64,000 nt of DNA from Lama glama (taxonomy: Eukaryota), in the NCBI GenBank assembly GCA_028534125.1, contig CM052816.1:86306001-86370000 (forward strand), given 5' to 3'. The position numbers were made by a program, and so were the translations under genes. Position 1 is the first letter of the stretch. Every line of letters begins with the position of its first letter. This document shows positions 12,890 through 25,839 of this stretch, one piece after another. Below the pieces are notes generated by a model. The model saw nothing but the letters and a program-made list of their open reading frames with translations, did no database searches and had not been told where the DNA came from.

Positions 12890-13200
12890 CTCCATTACTG
12901 TTTCTCTGTGCATACATATAGAGGGAAAACAAATGCATGTATATATCATTAAATATTTTTGAATACTTGATTTTCAATAGCTACATATTAGCCAATATCT
13001 GGATTAAATAATTCTCAGTAGTTAGATATTTGAATTGCTTCTATCTTTTTGCAATTATGATTGCCAAATATATTTATGACTATAAAATACTGTCTCCATT
13101 TCTTATTATTTCCTTAGTAGAGTTTCCCACAAATGAAGAAACGTGGCCTAAATTACTGATTTTTTTTTTAAGGTTTTTTTTTTTTTTTTACCCTACTTTT
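12890..13200 (-). mobile_element. L1ME-like 3' fragment; more of it probably lies at about 13760-14190 and 14555-14900
   Basis: 'agttagatatttgaattgcttctatctttttgcaattatg...attatttccttagtagagtttcccacaaatgaag' is antisense L1 ORF2 end/3' UTR. Confidence 0.55.
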
Positions 13201-13219
13201 GCTTTAAAGAAAGATTGAA

Positions 13220-13455
13220 AGACAACGTGCCAAAGTGGAAAGGGCATGAAACTGCAAGAATTTGGAATTTCACACCCAGTTTTATTGTTTGGCAGCCCTG
13301 TCAACTTTGGAAATTTACATTAACTATTTGAGTTTCAGTTTCCTTGTCTAGTCCAAAAAGAACATAAAGTCTAGAGATAATTTAACATGCCGTGTATAAG
13401 TGATTACCATAAAGTCTTGCAAAATGTAATGTTCATAACTGGTAAATATTACTGT
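13220..13455 (+). mobile_element. MIR SINE
   Basis: Head 'aagtggaaagggcatgaa' and core 'caactttggaaatttacattaactatttgagtttcagtttccttgtct'. Confidence 0.7.
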
Positions 13456-13469
13456 TGAAACTTACAAGT

Positions 13470-13715
13470 ACTGTATTGTGATTGAGAACTTGTCCTCTGG
13501 AATCAGCTTGAAAGTGAATAGTGACTCTTCCACTCCACTGATTATGAAAATTTAAGCAAGTTTTGAACATCTCTGTGCCTCTATTAACAATGATAATGAC
13601 ACCTGTTTCATAAGGACGTTGTGAGGATTAATTGGTAATACAATATAACTAAATTCTAAGAAAAATGTCCTGCCCATAATGTATGCTCAGTAAGTATGAG
13701 CAACTACATTACTTT
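13470..13715 (+). mobile_element. MIR SINE
   Basis: Core 'ttaagcaagttttgaacatctctgtgcctc', then 'tcataaggacgttgtgaggattaa' and tail 'cccataatgtatgctcagtaagtatgagc'. Confidence 0.8.
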
Positions 13716-14199
13716 TAGTACTGCCATATTCACCCACTTAAATCTATATCTTACTTTTAAAATATAAAATAAATTCTTTCCAAATGTCCTAGTTATGAAA
13801 AGGGTAGTATTTTTAGGTCTTTAAAGTTTTGTTGAATATCTTTGATACTTATTCTTGGAATTGACTAACTGTATATTTTTCCCTAGGTGTAGTAATTTAA
13901 AATGCTTCTATACTATGAATTTTAACCCTTTCCCTTTCATTATTTCTTGCAATATTTTCCTAGTTTAAACTTTGTTATTATTGTATTTTCTTTGTAGATT
14001 GTCAGATTCAACAATTATCCCTTGGTTTTGCTTTTCTTTTTTGCAGGCAAGTGGGAGTTTGTTGATGTTCTGTTTAGAAAAGTTTACTTATTTTTAATAG
14101 AGATCAGAACACAATATTTTGTAATTTCATTGGCCATACTTAACTCTTTAAAGTAGTGTTCATTTATGCACTTTATTTCTTTATTAGTTTGATACTGAG

Positions 14200-14554
14200 T
14201 TCTTGGACTGAATATTTGTTACTTCCCAAAATTCGTGTGTTGAATCCTAAATCCCCATTTAGAGCTGGGGCCTTTGGGAAGTAATTCATTCATGAAGTTG
14301 GAGACTTCATGGGGGGATTAGCATTTTTGCAAGAAAACAGGAAAAAAATTATTTCTATCTTCAACATGTGAGGATATGTCAAGAAGGTGTTCGTTCATCT
14401 GCAAGCCAGTAAGTGGTTTCTCACTAGAAATCAAATTGGCTGGCACCTTGATCTTGGACTTCCCAGTCTCCAGAACTGTGAGAAGTAAATGTTAGCTGTT
14501 TAAGCTACCCAGTCCATGGTATTTGTTATAGCAACTTGAGCTGACTAAAAGGCA
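14200..14554 (+). mobile_element. MaLR solo LTR (MLT1A/MLT1A0-like), near full length
   Basis: Starts 'ttcttggactgaatatttgt', contains 'gctggcaccttgatcttggacttcccagtctccagaactgtgagaag' and ends 'gagctgactaaaaggca'. The flanks ctgag / ctagag may be a decayed TSD. Confidence 0.9.
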
Positions 14555-16369
14555 CTAGAGAAGGCTTAATATAGAGATTATATTACAAAGATTCAATTTA
14601 ACAAGAGGCACTTTGAAACAGTTACCTTTCTCTCATTTATGTATGATTCCTAAATTATATCAACCTATCTATTCCACTCCACTGTTTCCTCATAACTGTT
14701 TTCAACAGTGCCATACTAGTTATGATTCTGTGACTTCTATGTTTTCAGAGTAGAGAAGACATGTCTCACAATTTGTGCTTCTGTTCAGAAACATTTTAGC
14801 TGCTACACTCATTGTTTTATAAGAATTTAGAAATATATATGTAACATAGTAATATAGTAATAATTAAACATAGTTACTTGTATTGCAATGGCAAAATCTA
14901 TTTTCTGTCTTTTAATGTAATGATATTTGTATTAACATTAGTGATCTTGAAGATAGAGGATATTTAAACTTTTTATTGGTAAAATTGAAATACCTATTAA
15001 ACTTCCACAAATCTTTAAAAAAAATACTAGATGGTTAAAATAGTGAATTACTGGTTATCTGTTTATTACATAACTCTCATTTTGAAGAGTATATTTATAA
15101 CATTACAGAAATTAGAGAACAAAGCAGAGTAATTTGTGCCTTTTAAACAGTACTGTTAGAGACCCTATTGGATTATATTTGTAGTACAAAAGGGTTAAAA
15201 CCCTACGTACCTTCTATTCAACTAGGAAGATTAGTAACTCACTTAATTAGCCTAAGTAGAAAGGATAACAGTAGGGAAAAAAACCTTCAAATTTAGTCAA
15301 ACTTAGATACAGAGAAGTGCATAAATTTTGGCAAAAATACATTTTATCTAAGCTCTTCTGATATCACCTGAGGCAAGTATTTCAGTGGTCTCAAAATCTC
15401 TAAATAATTATCACTTATTCACTTTTCCTAGGAAGAAATATATATGAGAGCACCACGTTAGATATAAATGAATTTAAGGTTATTCTTGGATCATCTCATG
15501 TATAGTGTTTTAAAAAAAAATCAACAGATAAGATTTTTTCTTCAATTAATGCTAATTTCTTGCTGAGAAAATATATTAAACAATTATCTGCACAATGTCT
15601 CTAGTTTGCTATATAATAATATTTAATGGGAAGAGTATATTCACTAGACCTATATTGTTTTAATATTAATGAACACATCTTCAAATGCACCATATAGTAG
15701 TAGAAATATTCAACATCCTATGTATTTCAAAATATATGTAACGTGTATATATATGTACATCTACATATATCTAGTACTAACTTAACAGTGATTATACCAT
15801 TATCTATTATAAATGTAACAAATTAAACTAGAGATGAGGTAAGTTTCCTTCCAGAAATAAAATATACAATTTGTTCTATTTTAAAAATATTTTTAAACTA
15901 TAATTTTATCTTTTCATGGTTAAAAAAAACTTAAGCCTATTTTTCCTCTGTACATAAAAATTTATTTCAGGAAATTAATGATAGCTCAGCTGGAAAAATT
16001 AGATATGTGAGATGAACATATTTGAACATACTCCAAAGGTTTCATTTCCTTTTCCTCATCTGAATTATAAATTGTATTTTTTAGAGATAAAGTTTAATTT
16101 CTTTTGTAACTATTTACCAAATAAAATGATCATTCTGTATGAGTCTTAATGTTAGAGAACTTTGCAATAGCCCAAATCATAGCTTCATGTAAACATGTAT
16201 TTCTAGTATTGTTTTTTGAGTCAGTCTATAGGTAATGTCTATATGCTGCTTAAAATGAATGAATACATGAATGAATTACAATGACACGAAATCAAACCTA
16301 GTGGATACAGTTTACTCCAAATTAAATTAAGTAATGATATAAAGTTTATTTTTATTAAAGTATAATTTT

Positions 16370-16700
16370 CATTTTCAAAAGGAAATAGGTGAATAGTGTG
16401 AAGAAAACATATCAACAAAAATTATACAACACAAACAGGAAGAAACTAAACAAATTTATATAACATTATATGTAGATAAAATGAATACAGAAATCATGGA
16501 GAAGTTGTGTGTCTGTGTGTCTGTGCATTTAAAAAAATTGAAGAGTCTAAGATAAATGTAACAAGAATTTAGAAGACTGAACATAGTGGGAGTAGCAATA
16601 TTTTAGCAGAAATGACTACAAAATTTTAGAATTAAGAAAATACGAATCCTCAAATTGAGTGAACCCTCCAAACCACTCAAATAGACTCATATTATGTGAG
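16370..16700 (+). mobile_element. HAL1/L1 ORF1-type fragment
   Basis: 'agaaatgactacaaaattttagaattaagaaaatacgaatcctcaaattgagtgaacc' resembles ORF1 'ENFPELKKD..PQIE'. Confidence 0.4.
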
Positions 16701-17046
16701 CCTTAGGCTGTCAATGGGAAAAGTTTCTAATTATTATTCAGAAATATCAAAATAGTGAGATCCAGACGATTGTTCCAAGCTTTAAGTCCCCTTCTGTGAT
16801 ATAGAAGTAGATCAGATATCACAAACTCTTTTTAAAATCACAGGAAGTACTGTGTTGCAACTTTATAGCAGGGAATTTCATCTTCCCACATTTAGAACAA
16901 AGTTCTGAATACATTCAACATTAGAATTCAATTTGTCAAAGACCATTGCATTTGAACACAGTTATCATTAGATGGTAAGAGGGAGACTTATTAGGGGCCC
17001 TGCCACTTGACATTTATCCTGTTCAAGGAAGAGGAAAGTGTCGTCC

Positions 17047-17079
17047 AAAAAAAAAAAAAAAAAAGAAGAAGAAGAAGAA
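17047..17079. repeat. Poly(A) grading into (GAA)5
   Basis: Seen directly. Confidence 0.9.
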
Positions 17080-19603
17080 TCTGAAAGAAGAGAAATGCTC
17101 ATTGTAATTTGTCAAGCTATGTACTTCACATGTCTAAATTACTCTTTTTTTTAATGCTTTAACAACTTAGGCAAGTTTCAAAGCTGCAATCACTATTTAG
17201 GACCACTGGAGAGAGATTTATAAAAAGAGCAGTAACAAACTTGAGTAAATAATATCCATGTAGCCAGAAGGAGTTAATATAACTTCCAAATAATTAACTT
17301 AGCACAAGTCATACCTGAGGCTTTAAGAACTTCTAACTTTCCTTTCTATCCCGATGAGGGTCCCCAAATCCCATTAATGTTCCCTTTTACCTCATATTAC
17401 AGCTAGTTCAGATTATTGTGTTTTGGGCAAAGGGAGAAATAAACAGAAAATACAACAAAGAAATGATCTACCTTAAAGCAATTTGTCTCAAATATTTAAT
17501 GTGCGTCTTATCTTTCTCTTTTCTTTGCACAGATCTATCCCCTTTGAAGATACATGTTTTGGATATTGAAATTAAATTGAAGGAAAAATTTAAAGTGTTA
17601 ACAATTGTAGGATCATACATTAGACTTGTAATCAATTATATTCAGGTGTGAGATGGTTAACTCACTGGGAATGAAAAAGGAGAATTTTCTGAGAAATCCA
17701 CAGCTATGTTTGTTCTGATACTTAAACTGCTGACAGGACCAAAAATATACCTGGGAACATCTCTTAGTACAGCTGGCAAAAGTCAAGGGAACAGATATTT
17801 AAGTGGTAAACAGTAAAAGGTCACACACTAGTGATTACACACACATATGCTAGAAACCAAAGGGGTGTCAGGGGGAAACATAAAGTTCAGTTGAGCTAAT
17901 ACAACAAAGAATCTGTACACAAGCATAGCATTTAGCCTAGATCATCAACACAAAATTTTTACCGGTCCCTGTCTTTAATTGATCTGTCCTTGCAAGCAGT
18001 GAAATGAAATGTAAAAAGTGACATTTCCCTGATATGACATTATTTGCAGTATATGAGGGTCACCTTACACTTAAGCTGTACACTTTAATTCCCTGTCATA
18101 AGGGAATATTTTTCATATATGCAAGTATTTACATAATGACTGTGCTGTTTTAAATTCTAAGCCTTTAGCCTTGTTAGTTAACCTGTGGAGGATGCCGACT
18201 CTATGTTCTTCCCTGGAAACTGATCAAATCCACAAATGAGAAGAGACAGAGAATAGGGAGCTAAGGAGGCAGAGTGAGAGCTGAGAAAACAGAGAAAAAG
18301 TTTACTGTGATGATTCCCTGCTAGGAGCAGAGTACGAATTCTGAAGAAAAGACACTGGACAATCAACGTTGTGCCAATAAGTGGTGTTTTGACAGATAAG
18401 TTAGGAGCATCAGTTACTTGTTCTTTACATGAAGAGTCTCATATACCCAAATCTCATTTTGTATTTTGTATATAATACTTTGCATCTGCTGAGTATATTA
18501 TAAATATAAAGTATAAATTCTTTGTAAAGCCGTGCAACACAATCGAATTATTTTAAACGAATGGGCATGCATGCCTCAGCTTACCCTGAAGCAGGACCAT
18601 TATCACCTCCTGGGAGCTACACTCCCCATTTGTACTCCATCACCGAGCAGAACCCCACTCCAGCTCATGTGAAGCAAATGTTTAGATCATTAAGCCATTG
18701 GCGGTAGCTCCTGATGGATGCCTGTCTCCCTCTGAGCCTGACACAGAGCCGACTTTCCTGGTCAGTGCATCCCTCCAACACTCCTCCTTGCTGCTTTAGA
18801 TCCTTTACTGGCTCAGTAGAGGAAGACGTAAGACAAGTCTCCACTGAGGCTGTTGCTATTGTTACTGCTCTACATCAAAGCATAGGAGCCTCATTGCAAT
18901 CTAGGTGTATCCCTGCTGATATACTCAAAGTATGCGTTATCAGGAAGTAAATACGTTGTTAAGTTCAGCACTTTTGAGTATCAGTTGATTGACTAATGCC
19001 AAGGGAAGACATTTGAGCTCCTTAGGTCCTCTACTAGGCTTCTTGCTAACCCTTTTGTATTTTCCCACATTTCTTGAATTTGGATTATATTTACTCGTTT
19101 TTGTTCCTGTTATTGTCTTACCTCCTTCCATACTTTTCTGCCCAAACTTCATTCATTTTAAGTTAGCAATGAGATTCTGTAATAGATGAATTTACAGGAT
19201 ATGTCAGGGACCATTGATGTGTTAGTGGAAAACACTAATCTTTGTCACTCTTTTCCCTACAGATAATAGATGTGCATTTTAAAGGGAACCTTATCAGGGC
19301 TCCACCTTTGCTGTTTAATACACTGACATCGTTTTAATGGCAGAGATATTGATTCAAGTATTTGTAGTGGGAGATGTTTCTGGATATATCTCCTTGCACT
19401 GCTTCTATCTCCTCCTCCCATTCCAAGTCAGATCGTACTGTATTCATGAATTTATACTCTACTCCCACAAAAGATTATTGGTTTTAATTATTTGCCCACT
19501 AAAATAGTGTGATTATACACACAATATTTCTAGAACAAAGGATCCAGGTACATAGTTGAATGTTTATTAGAAACAGACTTGTTGGTTTCTTCAGTTGGTG
19601 CTC

Positions 19604-19790
19604 TCATTCATTCATTTACTCATTCATTTAATTAAAAAATGTACCAATTATCTGCAAAGTATTGTGTGTTTCTAAACACTAGGTATCATCTAGTGAATAA
19701 ATTTCAGTCTCCTCCTTCTGGAGCTTATAATTTATTGGGGTGGTTTGGGGGTAGAGACTAAAGGCAGGGTCAGATTCAAAGGAAATTGTA
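19604..19790 (-). mobile_element. L2 3' terminus, antisense
   Basis: Tail 'cattcattcatttactcattcatttaa', then 'ctaaacactaggtatcatctagtgaataaa...ctccttctggagcttataatttattgggg'. Confidence 0.75.
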
Positions 19791-19862
19791 ATAATGGGGC
19801 TATTTCAGTGTTCCTCACTCAATTCATATCTCATATCCACATTCCACCTAGTTCAAAATCAC

Positions 19863-21642
19863 TTTTTTAACTTGAATTATAGCTGACATGTAATATTATA
19901 TTAGTTTCAGATGTACAATATAGTGATTCAACATTTATATACATTATGAATTAATCATAAGTCTAGTAACCTCTGTCACCATACAAAGGAATTGCAATAT
20001 TGATATGTCCCCTGTGCTGTGCTGTATATTACATCCCCATGACTTATTTATTTCATATCTGAAAGCTTGTACCTGTTAATCCACTTCACCCAGTTTACTC
20101 AATCTCTCAGCCCCAACCCTTCTCAGCAGCACCAGTTTCTTTTCTGTATTATGAGTCTGTTTCTGTTTTGTTTTGTTTGTTTGTTTGTTTAGACTCCAAA
20201 TATAAAGAAATTACGGAAAGACAGTATTGGTCTTTTTCTCTCTGACTCATTTCACTTAGCATAATACCCTCTAGGTCCATCCATGTTGTTACAAATGGCA
20301 AGATTTTATTTTATTTTATTTTATTTAGCTGAGCAATATTTCATTGTACACATACACCACATTGTCTTCATCCATTCATCTATCTGTGGACACTTAGGTT
20401 GCTCATATCTTGGCTATTGTTAATAATGTTGCAATGAACATAGGGTTTTTTTAATTAGTATTTTCCTTTTCTTTGGATAAATACCCAGAAGTGGAATTGC
20501 TGGGTCATGTAGTAGTTCTATTTGTATTTTTTTGAGGAACTTCCATACTGTTTTCCATAGTGGTTGCACCAATTTACATTCTTGTCAAAAACAGAGCAAA
20601 AATATGGGTTTTCTTTTCTCCTCATCCTCACCAACACTTTTTTTTTTTATGTCTTTGATAATAGCCATTCTGACAGGTGTGAGGTTATATCTCATTGTAG
20701 TTTCAATTTGCATTTCCCTGGTGATTAATGATGAACAAATATTCATGTGCCATCTGTATGTTTTCTTTGAGAAAATGTCTGTTCAGATCCTCTACCATTT
20801 TTCAGTTGGATTGTATGTTTTTTTGATTTTTAGTTGTGTGATTTCTTTATATATTTTGGATATCAATACCTCATTACATATATAATTTTCAGATATCTTC
20901 CCCACTCAATCGGTTGCCTTTTTGTTTTGTTGATGGTTTTCTTCAGTATGCAGAAGCTTTTTAATTTGATGTAGTCCTTTTTGTTTATTTTTGCTTTTGT
21001 TGCCTTTGCCTGAGGAGATAGAGCCAAAAAAAATATTGCTAAGACTGCGTCAAAGTGTATACTGCCTATGTTTTCTTCTAGGAGTTGTATGGTTTCAGAC
21101 CTTACACGTAAATCTTTAATTCACCTTGAGTTTCTTTTTGTGTATGATGTAAGAAAGTAGTTCAGTTTCAATCTTTTGTATGTAGCTGTCCAGTTTTCCT
21201 AACACCATTTATTGAAGAGACTGTCTTTCCCCCACTGTATATTCTTGGTTCCTTTGTCAAAAATTAATTGACCATATAAGCATGGGTTTTTTCCTGGGGT
21301 CTCTATTCTGTTCCATTGATCTATGTACCTATTTTTATGCCAGTGCCTTACAGTTTTGATCACTATAGCTTTGTAGTATAGTCTGAAAACAGGGAGCATA
21401 ATACCTCCAGCTTTGTTCTTCTTTCTTAAGATTGCTTTGGCTATTTGGGGTCTTTTGTGGTTCCATACAATTTAGGAATTATTTGTTTCACTTTTGTGAA
21501 AAATGTCATGGACCTTTTGACAGGGATTGCAGTAAATCTATAAACTGTTTTGGGTAGTAGGACAGAGCAACAGTATTAATTAGTCTATAACATGAGCATG
21601 GTGTATCCCATTTGTTGGTATTCAATTTCTTTCACCAATGTC
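19863..21642 (-). mobile_element. 5'-truncated L1 (L1MA9-derived, laurasiatherian-type 3' UTR): ORF2 C-terminus plus 3' UTR
   Basis: ORF 21199..21399(-), [32 protein letters not shown]...[24 protein letters not shown], is clearly L1 ORF2p. There is a T-tract at 19863 and a candidate TSD TCAAAAT at 19853-19859 and 21641-21647. Confidence 0.96.
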
Positions 21643-22214
21643 AAAATATCTGTAATCTCCAGAACCTTCACAGTAGGTCAGGTGCTCTGAATCAGGGCAC
21701 TAGTGCACTAGCAGGAGCTGTGCTTGTACACTTTTCCTTTACTCTCCACTGTGAACAATTCTATAAATAAGGAAAGAAATGACACCAACTATCCACATCC
21801 CCATTATTCAACGCACAGTGGGATTGTTCCTGAGGAAGGAGGTCACTGCTGGTACATTGGTACTGGCTGCTCTGGAACCACTGATTCAGTCTTATAAGTC
21901 CCTATTTATTTGTTGTCCAAGAAGAATCAGAGCAATTCATTTAGGTCTTACAATATTGTACAAATTGTAGGAGCTCAAATTTGGAAAAGTCAAACCCAAA
22001 AATCACCTCACTGCTTATGTCTTGAAAAGGTGGCTTTTTTCAGAAGCCAGAGCCCATGTGGATTGGCCCATTTCCTTCTAAATCCTGTCATAGAAATTTG
22101 AATTGAATTATATTGGTGAAGTTGATAAATTATAATGTTTTTATATTCAACATATACAGAACTCTATTGTGTTATTCCTGATTTATTTTATATTTTAAGT
22201 TAAGGTGTTATCCA

Positions 22215-22360
22215 TGATTAAGCTTAAGTTCACTAAAGCAGAGGCCCTGTGAGGACAGAATTTTTTTTTAATTTATTTGTTTTTATATTTTTAGCACCTA
22301 GAAAAATGCCAGGCACATAATGAGAGCTTAATAAATATATGTTGAGTGAACAAATACATC
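22215..22360 (+). mobile_element. L2 3' terminus
   Basis: 'tagcacctagaaaaatgccaggcacataatgagagcttaataaatatatgttgagtgaac'. Confidence 0.8.
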
Positions 22361-22539
22361 TAAGTATTTTTTTCCCTCTTCCATGAGAGACAGACAACAG
22401 CTTTCTGAAGAAAATTCTCTTGCACAGATTTCCACTTTGTTTCGTTTCTCTTCAATTGCCTCAAAATGAGAAAATTAAAAAGAACACTTTGGGAAATGTG
22501 GGGTAAAATTACCACCACTGTGATTTTATAAAATCCAGA

Positions 22540-23010
22540 ATGTTTAAGGACTCTTCCAGCTGTCAGTAGCAAAAATCCAACTCAAAAGACTTAATAAGCA
22601 ACTAAATGATTGTTTCATCAAGCTGACAAAAGCCCAATGATATATTCCTCAGACATGGCTAGAAAGATGCTCCTATTATGTCCTCAGGGATCTGAGTCAT
22701 TTTTATTCCCTCTCAGCAATGTTTTTCTTTTCATTGACTTTATTCTCAGGCAGACTTCTGCATATGGATTCAAGATGCCAGTGGCATCTCCAGACTTACA
22801 TGACATGATAGCTTAAATATTTATATATATTTAACGTCTATTTCCTAATACATCATTCTGATAAATCTCCGAAGAGGAAATAATACGGTCTTGTTAGAGT
22901 TTATTTGCACATCCCTGAACCAACCACTGGAATGCTAAGCCAGGGTCTCCTGCTGGTCTCTGGGCTGGAGGCAGAAAGACAGGGTACGATTAGCTCACCT
23001 ACAAGCTGGG
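22540..23010 (-). mobile_element. Old MaLR LTR (MLT1J/K-like)
   Basis: 'ccagctgtcagtagcaaaaatccaactcaaaagacttaa' and 'ttgactttattctcaggcagacttct...tcaagatgccagtggcatctccagacttaca'. Confidence 0.7.
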
Positions 23011-23029
23011 TAGACTGAAAAAACACTCA

Positions 23030-23560
23030 CAGTCCACAAGACACTGCAAAATCCCATTCTTGCTCTCTTCTCTGGTCACATCTCACCTCAATTCTTTTTA
23101 TTTCCTCATGCTCTATGTTCCAGGGAGACTGATAGTATTTTTTTTTCCTTAAGTGCATCAAAGAACATTTGCTTCTAAATGCTTTACACGTGCTGTGCTG
23201 TCCATCAGGACTATTCTTCCTTCTTCCGTCCTCTTCATCCTCACTGGCTCATATTTATCCATCAGCCCTCATTTTAGTGATGACTTTCTCATGGTAGCCA
23301 TCGATGGTTGTATAGTTTAGGCAAAATCCCCTGACACATGCTCCCTGCCAAAAAATGTATATGCTTTTACCCAGAATTTGTCATTATTGTAATTACTTAT
23401 ATTCTAAATATTTGTTAAACGGGTCCTCTTACCTGCAGGAGGACAGCATTCTAAACTGTCATCTTCCCCAGTATTTCCTCAGCATGTAACATTTCTGGAA
23501 CATGAGAAGCACTAAAAGTATTTATTAACAAGTCTAATAAAATGATTCAAAGTAATGACT
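23030..23560 (+). mobile_element. L2 3' fragment
   Basis: 'ctttacacgtgctgtgctgtccatcaggactattcttcc' through to the terminal 'agaagcactaaaagtatttattaa'. Confidence 0.65.
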
Positions 23561-23592
23561 GGATTAATTAAATATTGAATAACTGACTAGTC

Positions 23593-23816
23593 TAGTGGGA
23601 GAACAATTTTTTTTCAGTAAAAGACTGGTAAGTAAATCTTCAGGCTTTGCAGCCACGTATTTTGCTCCGTATTCTTTGGAACTTGCTTGTTTGCTGGTCT
23701 CTCAGTTTCCATTTTTACAGTCATTTAAAAATGTAGCAACCATTCCTATCTCATCAGCCACACTAAACAGGTCACTGGCCAGACTGGGGCTGTGGGTCAC
23801 AGTTAGCCCACCTCTG
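23593..23816 (+). mobile_element. MER58-family hAT-Charlie MITE
   Basis: Start 'ttttcagtaaaagactggtaagtaaatcttcaggctttgcagccac' and end 'tttaaaaatgtagcaaccattc...tgtgggtcacagttagcccacctctg' match MER58. Confidence 0.8.
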
Positions 23817-24849
23817 CATTAATACACTAGTAGTTATAATTATTTCTGTAAGTGCGTAATTACAGCAAAGATTCTGCCTCCCACTCTTTATCTTTTGCTT
23901 TGCTGTTCTTTCTGAGATGTGCACTTAATTTTTTACCCTGTGTAAATACTACTTCTGTTCTCAGCACCCAAACCAGGAACGTATTGCTGTGTTCCCTTTT
24001 CAACCCTATTTGTGACCAACTTTTTCTCCCTATAAAATGCCTGTGCATTTCTTCTAGTCTCCCACTGTCTGTGCCACACGGTGTCTTTCCCATCCTTCAG
24101 CCAAGCGCACCTGCTGCCCTGGCTTCTTGTTGCTGTTTCACAGTTTTATGCTGCATCATCATCCCTTCTGCTTTCTGCGGCATGTAGTGTAATATTTCAG
24201 TAGAAGGAGAAATGTTTATTTAAAATAAACTCAGTAAAACAGATATTCCTAGATTCTGACACCAGGGAAATAGGATGCCATCTGCCCTCCACAGGAGCTC
24301 TTTGCCTGAGGGACTTAACCGCTCACCCAGGTAAGCTCTTACTAATGTGTAAATTGTACTGCAACCTACAAATCATGGTTGTCATTCTAGACCTTCTGTC
24401 CTTTTGCTGCCCTCAGTTCTATAGTCTGTTTTTAATCCTTTTTTTTTCCTATCGTATATACTTTGACATTTCTTTCTCGGGAATGCAGCAAGCATCAGTC
24501 TTGTGAATGGGGAGCTTAGAACATTTCACCCATTATTTTCTGTCCCTTCAGTTTCTCAGTGTGAATTGCAAGATTTTTTTTTTTTTAGGAAAAAAAAATA
24601 GCACATTTCAAGTACTGCTGTGGCATAACTAAAGAGTAATAAGACAAAACTCAAAATATATACATTTACAGGTATTTTAAATGCCATCCCTTGTAAATGC
24701 ATGGTTTATAAAAATAAGTGAGTCTGCTATGTCTTGCAAACTTCAAAAAATAAAAAGAAATCTGTCGTCAACTTACTCAAAAAAGAATCAAGTAAACTGT
24801 GGCAAAAATAAACTGCTTTTCAATATTTACCATAGGCATCTATAAACAA

Positions 24850-25835
24850 CACATAGTTTAATAGCTCTTTATCGAATATAACAAGTGTTATATTCAGATA
24901 AATTTTACATACAATACACTGCAGAGAACTTAATTTGATGAGTTTCTATAAATGCAGACACCCATGTGAGGACTGACACAATTAACATAAAACATGTTTT
25001 TATTTCTCCAGAAAGTTCCTTTATGCTCACTTCTAGTCAATCCCCCTCTACTCATAAGTAAACCTATTTTTATTTCTATGTCCACAGAATTTGTTTGGCT
25101 TGTTCCTGAACTTCATATAAATTGAATTAGGGAGTACGTATTGTTTTGTTTCTAATTTTTTGGGTTCACCATGATGATTTGAGGTTCATCCACGCTTTAT
25201 ATGTTCCAAAGGTCCATTCCTTTCATTGCAGACGATTATTCAGTTGTCATGTATATACCCTAATTATTCGCTCATTACCATGCTGAAGGAATTTTGAACT
25301 GTCAGCTTTTGTTTGTTATTAATAAATCTGCTATAAACATTCATGAGCAAGTCTTTTTGGTGGACCTAGGTGTTTATTTCACTTAAACACCTTGAAGTGT
25401 TTTTGCTGCATTACAGGATAGGTGTGCTTTTAACTTTATAAGATGTTGCTGAACACTTTTCCAAAGTGTGGCACCATTTTACATTCTCATCAGCAATGTT
25501 TGTGGGGTTCAGTTGCTCCCATCCTCTTGAAAACTTGTCACACATGGTATGTTTAATTTTACCCTTTTTATTAGGTATAAGATAGTTTAATATGCATTTC
25601 TCTGATGACTAATGATGTTGTGTTCTTATTCAGTTGCTTATTGGTCTTTCATATAACCTCCTTTTGACTTTTCATATAATTTTCTTTATGTGTTTTGGAC
25701 AACTTTATTATTTTTTAAAAAATAATTATTATTAGTTTATAGGAAGTCTTTATATATCCTAACTATAAATATCTGGCATACATATTCTTGGCATGCTTAT
25801 TCATTTACTTAATAACGTTTTGAAAAGCAGTGAAC
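24850..25835 (-). mobile_element. L1 element A (L1ME/MD-like), 3' portion; resumes at about 31490
   Basis: Antisense 3' UTR 'ttctccagaaagttcctttatgctcacttctagtcaatcccc' runs into the ORF2 end 'aacacttttccaaagtg...atgcatttctctgatgactaatgatgttg' and breaks at 'ttttgaaaagcag'. Confidence 0.85.
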
Positions 25836-25839
25836 ATTG

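Noticed and set aside
15836..15845. Strong donor GAG|GTAAGT
   Set aside because: It is isolated in very AT-rich sequence, with no plausible acceptor or exon-like composition upstream.
20532..20885. Longest ORF (117 aa, hydrophobic)
   Set aside because: It is the antisense reading of L1 ORF2 ('FHTVFHSGCTNLHS'), a well-known artefact.
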